Shown piece by piece: positions 32,005 to 33,355 of a stretch of DNA of 33,355 bases. Positions within the stretch are counted from its first letter, which is position 1, and the number at the start of each line of letters is the position of its first letter. Under the pieces are notes generated by a model. That model ran no database searches and was not told where the DNA came from. It saw only the letters and a program-made list of their open reading frames with translations. The DNA lies in NCBI GenBank assembly GCA_018664365.1, contig JABJOK010000103.1, forward strand, positions 1 through 33,355. Direction: 5' to 3'. Made by a program: the position numbers and the translations under genes. This stretch comes from Candidatus Peregrinibacteria bacterium. Its GTDB lineage: Bacteria; Patescibacteriota; Gracilibacteria; UBA1369; LOWO2-01-FULL-3.

Positions 32005-32033
32005 ATTATATGTATTTTAAGAGAAAAAGTCAA
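32005..32033 (-). promoter_or_regulatory. Consensus sigma70 promoter TTGACT-N17-TATAAT for the PP2C gene
   Basis: The minus strand reads cgtcaTTGACTttttctcttaaaatacaTATAATagc. The -10 ends 20 nt before the 31984 ATG. Confidence 0.55.
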
Positions 32034-32132
32034 TGACGTCGGGTCATTCAAATACCACTGGTTAGAAACTAAATTCTTGCCGCTATTTTTATAAAATATG
32101 TATAATGGCAGCAACCATTAACATCCTCTTCT

Positions 32133-32642
32133 ATGAAACTCAAACCAAACTATCTTTTGATTCCGCTAATAACCATTGCAGTTGCACTTTTGGGTGGAGC
32201 TTTTTCTTCAATGGGAATGAATTGGTATGACATGTATGTAGCTAAACCAGAATTAACTCCTCCAGCTTGGGTATTCCCCATCGCTTGGAATCTGATATTT
32301 TTGATGACAACAATTTCAGCACTTATTATTTGGAACAAGGGAACATCACGAAAGTTCCTTTGGTTTTTAATGAGCAAAAAGCCAACTCCAAATCATTGGA
32401 TGATCATTTGGCTGTTTGTAGTAAACGCAATTCTAAACGTACTTTGGAGCTATCTTTTCTTTGCAAAACACCTGATTTCTACTGCATTTATAGAGATGCT
32501 GATGCTCGAAGTTACACTAATCGCGCTTATTTTTGCGACTTACAAGATTTCAAAAATTGCATCATGGCTTTTAGTTCCATATGCACTTTGGGTTGGATTT
32601 GCATCATATTTGACCTATCAGCTAGTACTTCTCAATACTTAA
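32133..32642 (+). CDS. tspO: TspO/MBR family tryptophan-rich sensory protein
   Basis: The protein has five TM segments and the family strings PPAWVFPIAWNLIF, NVLWSYLFF and VPYALWVGFASYLTY. Confidence 0.85.
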   Translation: MKLKPNYLLIPLITIAVALLGGAFSSMGMNWYDMYVAKPELTPPAWVFPIAWNLIFLMTTISALIIWNKGTSRKFLWFLMSKKPTPNHWMIIWLFVVNAILNVLWSYLFFAKHLISTAFIEMLMLEVTLIALIFATYKISKIASWLLVPYALWVGFASYLTYQLVLLNT

Positions 32643-33274
32643 ATAGAGAATTTTAAGTAAAAAATAGGTTTTCCTTCAGCGATAAACTTTTTCTCGTAGT
32701 AGGTTTTGATTTGTAGAAGTTCTGGTATTTCGTCCTGCCCATGAACATCTCGAATAATTTCTAGCTGATCTACGTTAGACTCTTCAAGTACTTCAACAGC
32801 ATAATCAAAGAGCTCTTTGTTGTCTGTTTTTAGGTGAACAACACCGTCTTTTTTGACGACTTTTTTATAGACCTTCAAGAATCTAGGAGAAATAAGTCTT
32901 CGATTTGCTTTGCAAGGTTTTGAATGTGGATCTGGAAATGTTATCCATACTTCATTTATCTCTCCATCAGCAAAATATTCTTCCAAATGCTCTCCTTCAC
33001 ACCAACAAAAAACAACATTATCTTCACCAGATGATTTCTTTGAGGCACTCCAAAGCCGATCCCCTTTTCTATCAATCCCAATAAAATTCTTATCTGAAAA
33101 CTTTTCCCCAAGCGCTCTCGCATAGTCCCCATGCGCACATCCCATTTCCACAACAACATCACCTTCATTTTTAAAAACCTCTTCTCGCCACTTACCCTTC
33201 AAGTGTTCAGGTTTAGAAAAGACATTTTTCATCTCCTCAACTTCTGCAAATTTCTTCAATTTATGTCGTCCCAT
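32639..33274 (-). CDS. trmB: tRNA (guanine46-N7)-methyltransferase
   Basis: The protein has the SAM-binding motif VVEMGCAHGDY, plus WITFPDPHSKPCKANRRL and LKTDNKELFDY. Confidence 0.85.
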   Translation of the reverse strand: MGRHKLKKFAEVEEMKNVFSKPEHLKGKWREEVFKNEGDVVVEMGCAHGDYARALGEKFSDKNFIGIDRKGDRLWSASKKSSGEDNVVFCWCEGEHLEEYFADGEINEVWITFPDPHSKPCKANRRLISPRFLKVYKKVVKKDGVVHLKTDNKELFDYAVEVLEESNVDQLEIIRDVHGQDEIPELLQIKTYYEKKFIAEGKPIFYLKFSI

Positions 33275-33355
33275 AATATATTTTAAATATTGTAAAAATA
33301 TTCAACCAAAAAGCCCTTATAAATGTAAGACCAAGAGGATTGACACTTTGGAAAA

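Noticed and set aside
32027-32047. A short hairpin (AATGAC-gtcgg-GTCATT), and on the plus strand an SD-like aaaaaGGAGct followed by an 8-codon ORF (32025-32051), between the PP2C gene and tspO
   Set aside because: The stem has only 6 bp and no U-tract. It overlaps the -35 of the strong minus-strand promoter. The mini-ORF has no support.

Overview
This is an AT-rich bacterial chromosomal window. Hand-counted 60-nt samples give 35-40% GC. Genes are tightly packed and mostly housekeeping, and almost none has a Shine-Dalgarno sequence. Several genes sit behind near-consensus sigma70-type promoters, some so close to the start codon that the mRNA would be leaderless. The standard genetic code applies, because all conserved genes read through and an intact RF2 gene is present. 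The gene content includes a stand-alone 5'-3' exonuclease, a VirB2-like mini-pilin gene, giant secreted repeat proteins, and low-complexity tails on S16 and RNase J. This suggests an uncultivated small-genome lineage (CPR/Patescibacteria-like), but that is inference only.

Layout:
- 1-9774 (minus): two tandem giant secreted proteins. The first (1-3779) is missing from the supplied ORF track because its stop codon lies beyond the window edge. I translated it by hand. It is a glycine-rich modular repeat protein of at least 1259 codons. The second is a ~1970-aa protein with FG-GAP-type repeats and Ig-like modules. The two proteins are otherwise unrelated, yet they share a ~104-nt near-identical 5' cassette.
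- 9898-11079: MFS transporter.
- ~11090-12230: a sharply GC-rich islet (60-65% in hand-counted samples). It carries a lipoprotein gene with a strong SD and lies next to tRNA-Asp.
- 12331-22299: GT4 glycosyltransferase, DUF721/DciA-like protein, SLT-like protein, rpsP with a repeat tail, KH protein, VirB2-like membrane protein, degenerate GT-B half-domain protein, 5'-3' exonuclease, an orphan gene, ftsA, ftsZ, FemAB-family protein.
- 22296-33274: def, prfB, flippase, murD, RNase J, a Tat-signal amidinotransferase-fold protein, a PP2C phosphatase, TspO, trmB.

I found no CRISPR array, transposase, integrase, rRNA or recognisable defence system. The most unusual items are the paired giant surface-protein genes with their shared leader cassette, the GC-rich lipoprotein islet, and the exported guanidino-modifying enzyme next to PP2C. 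All functional calls rest on motif recognition by eye, and no database search was possible.
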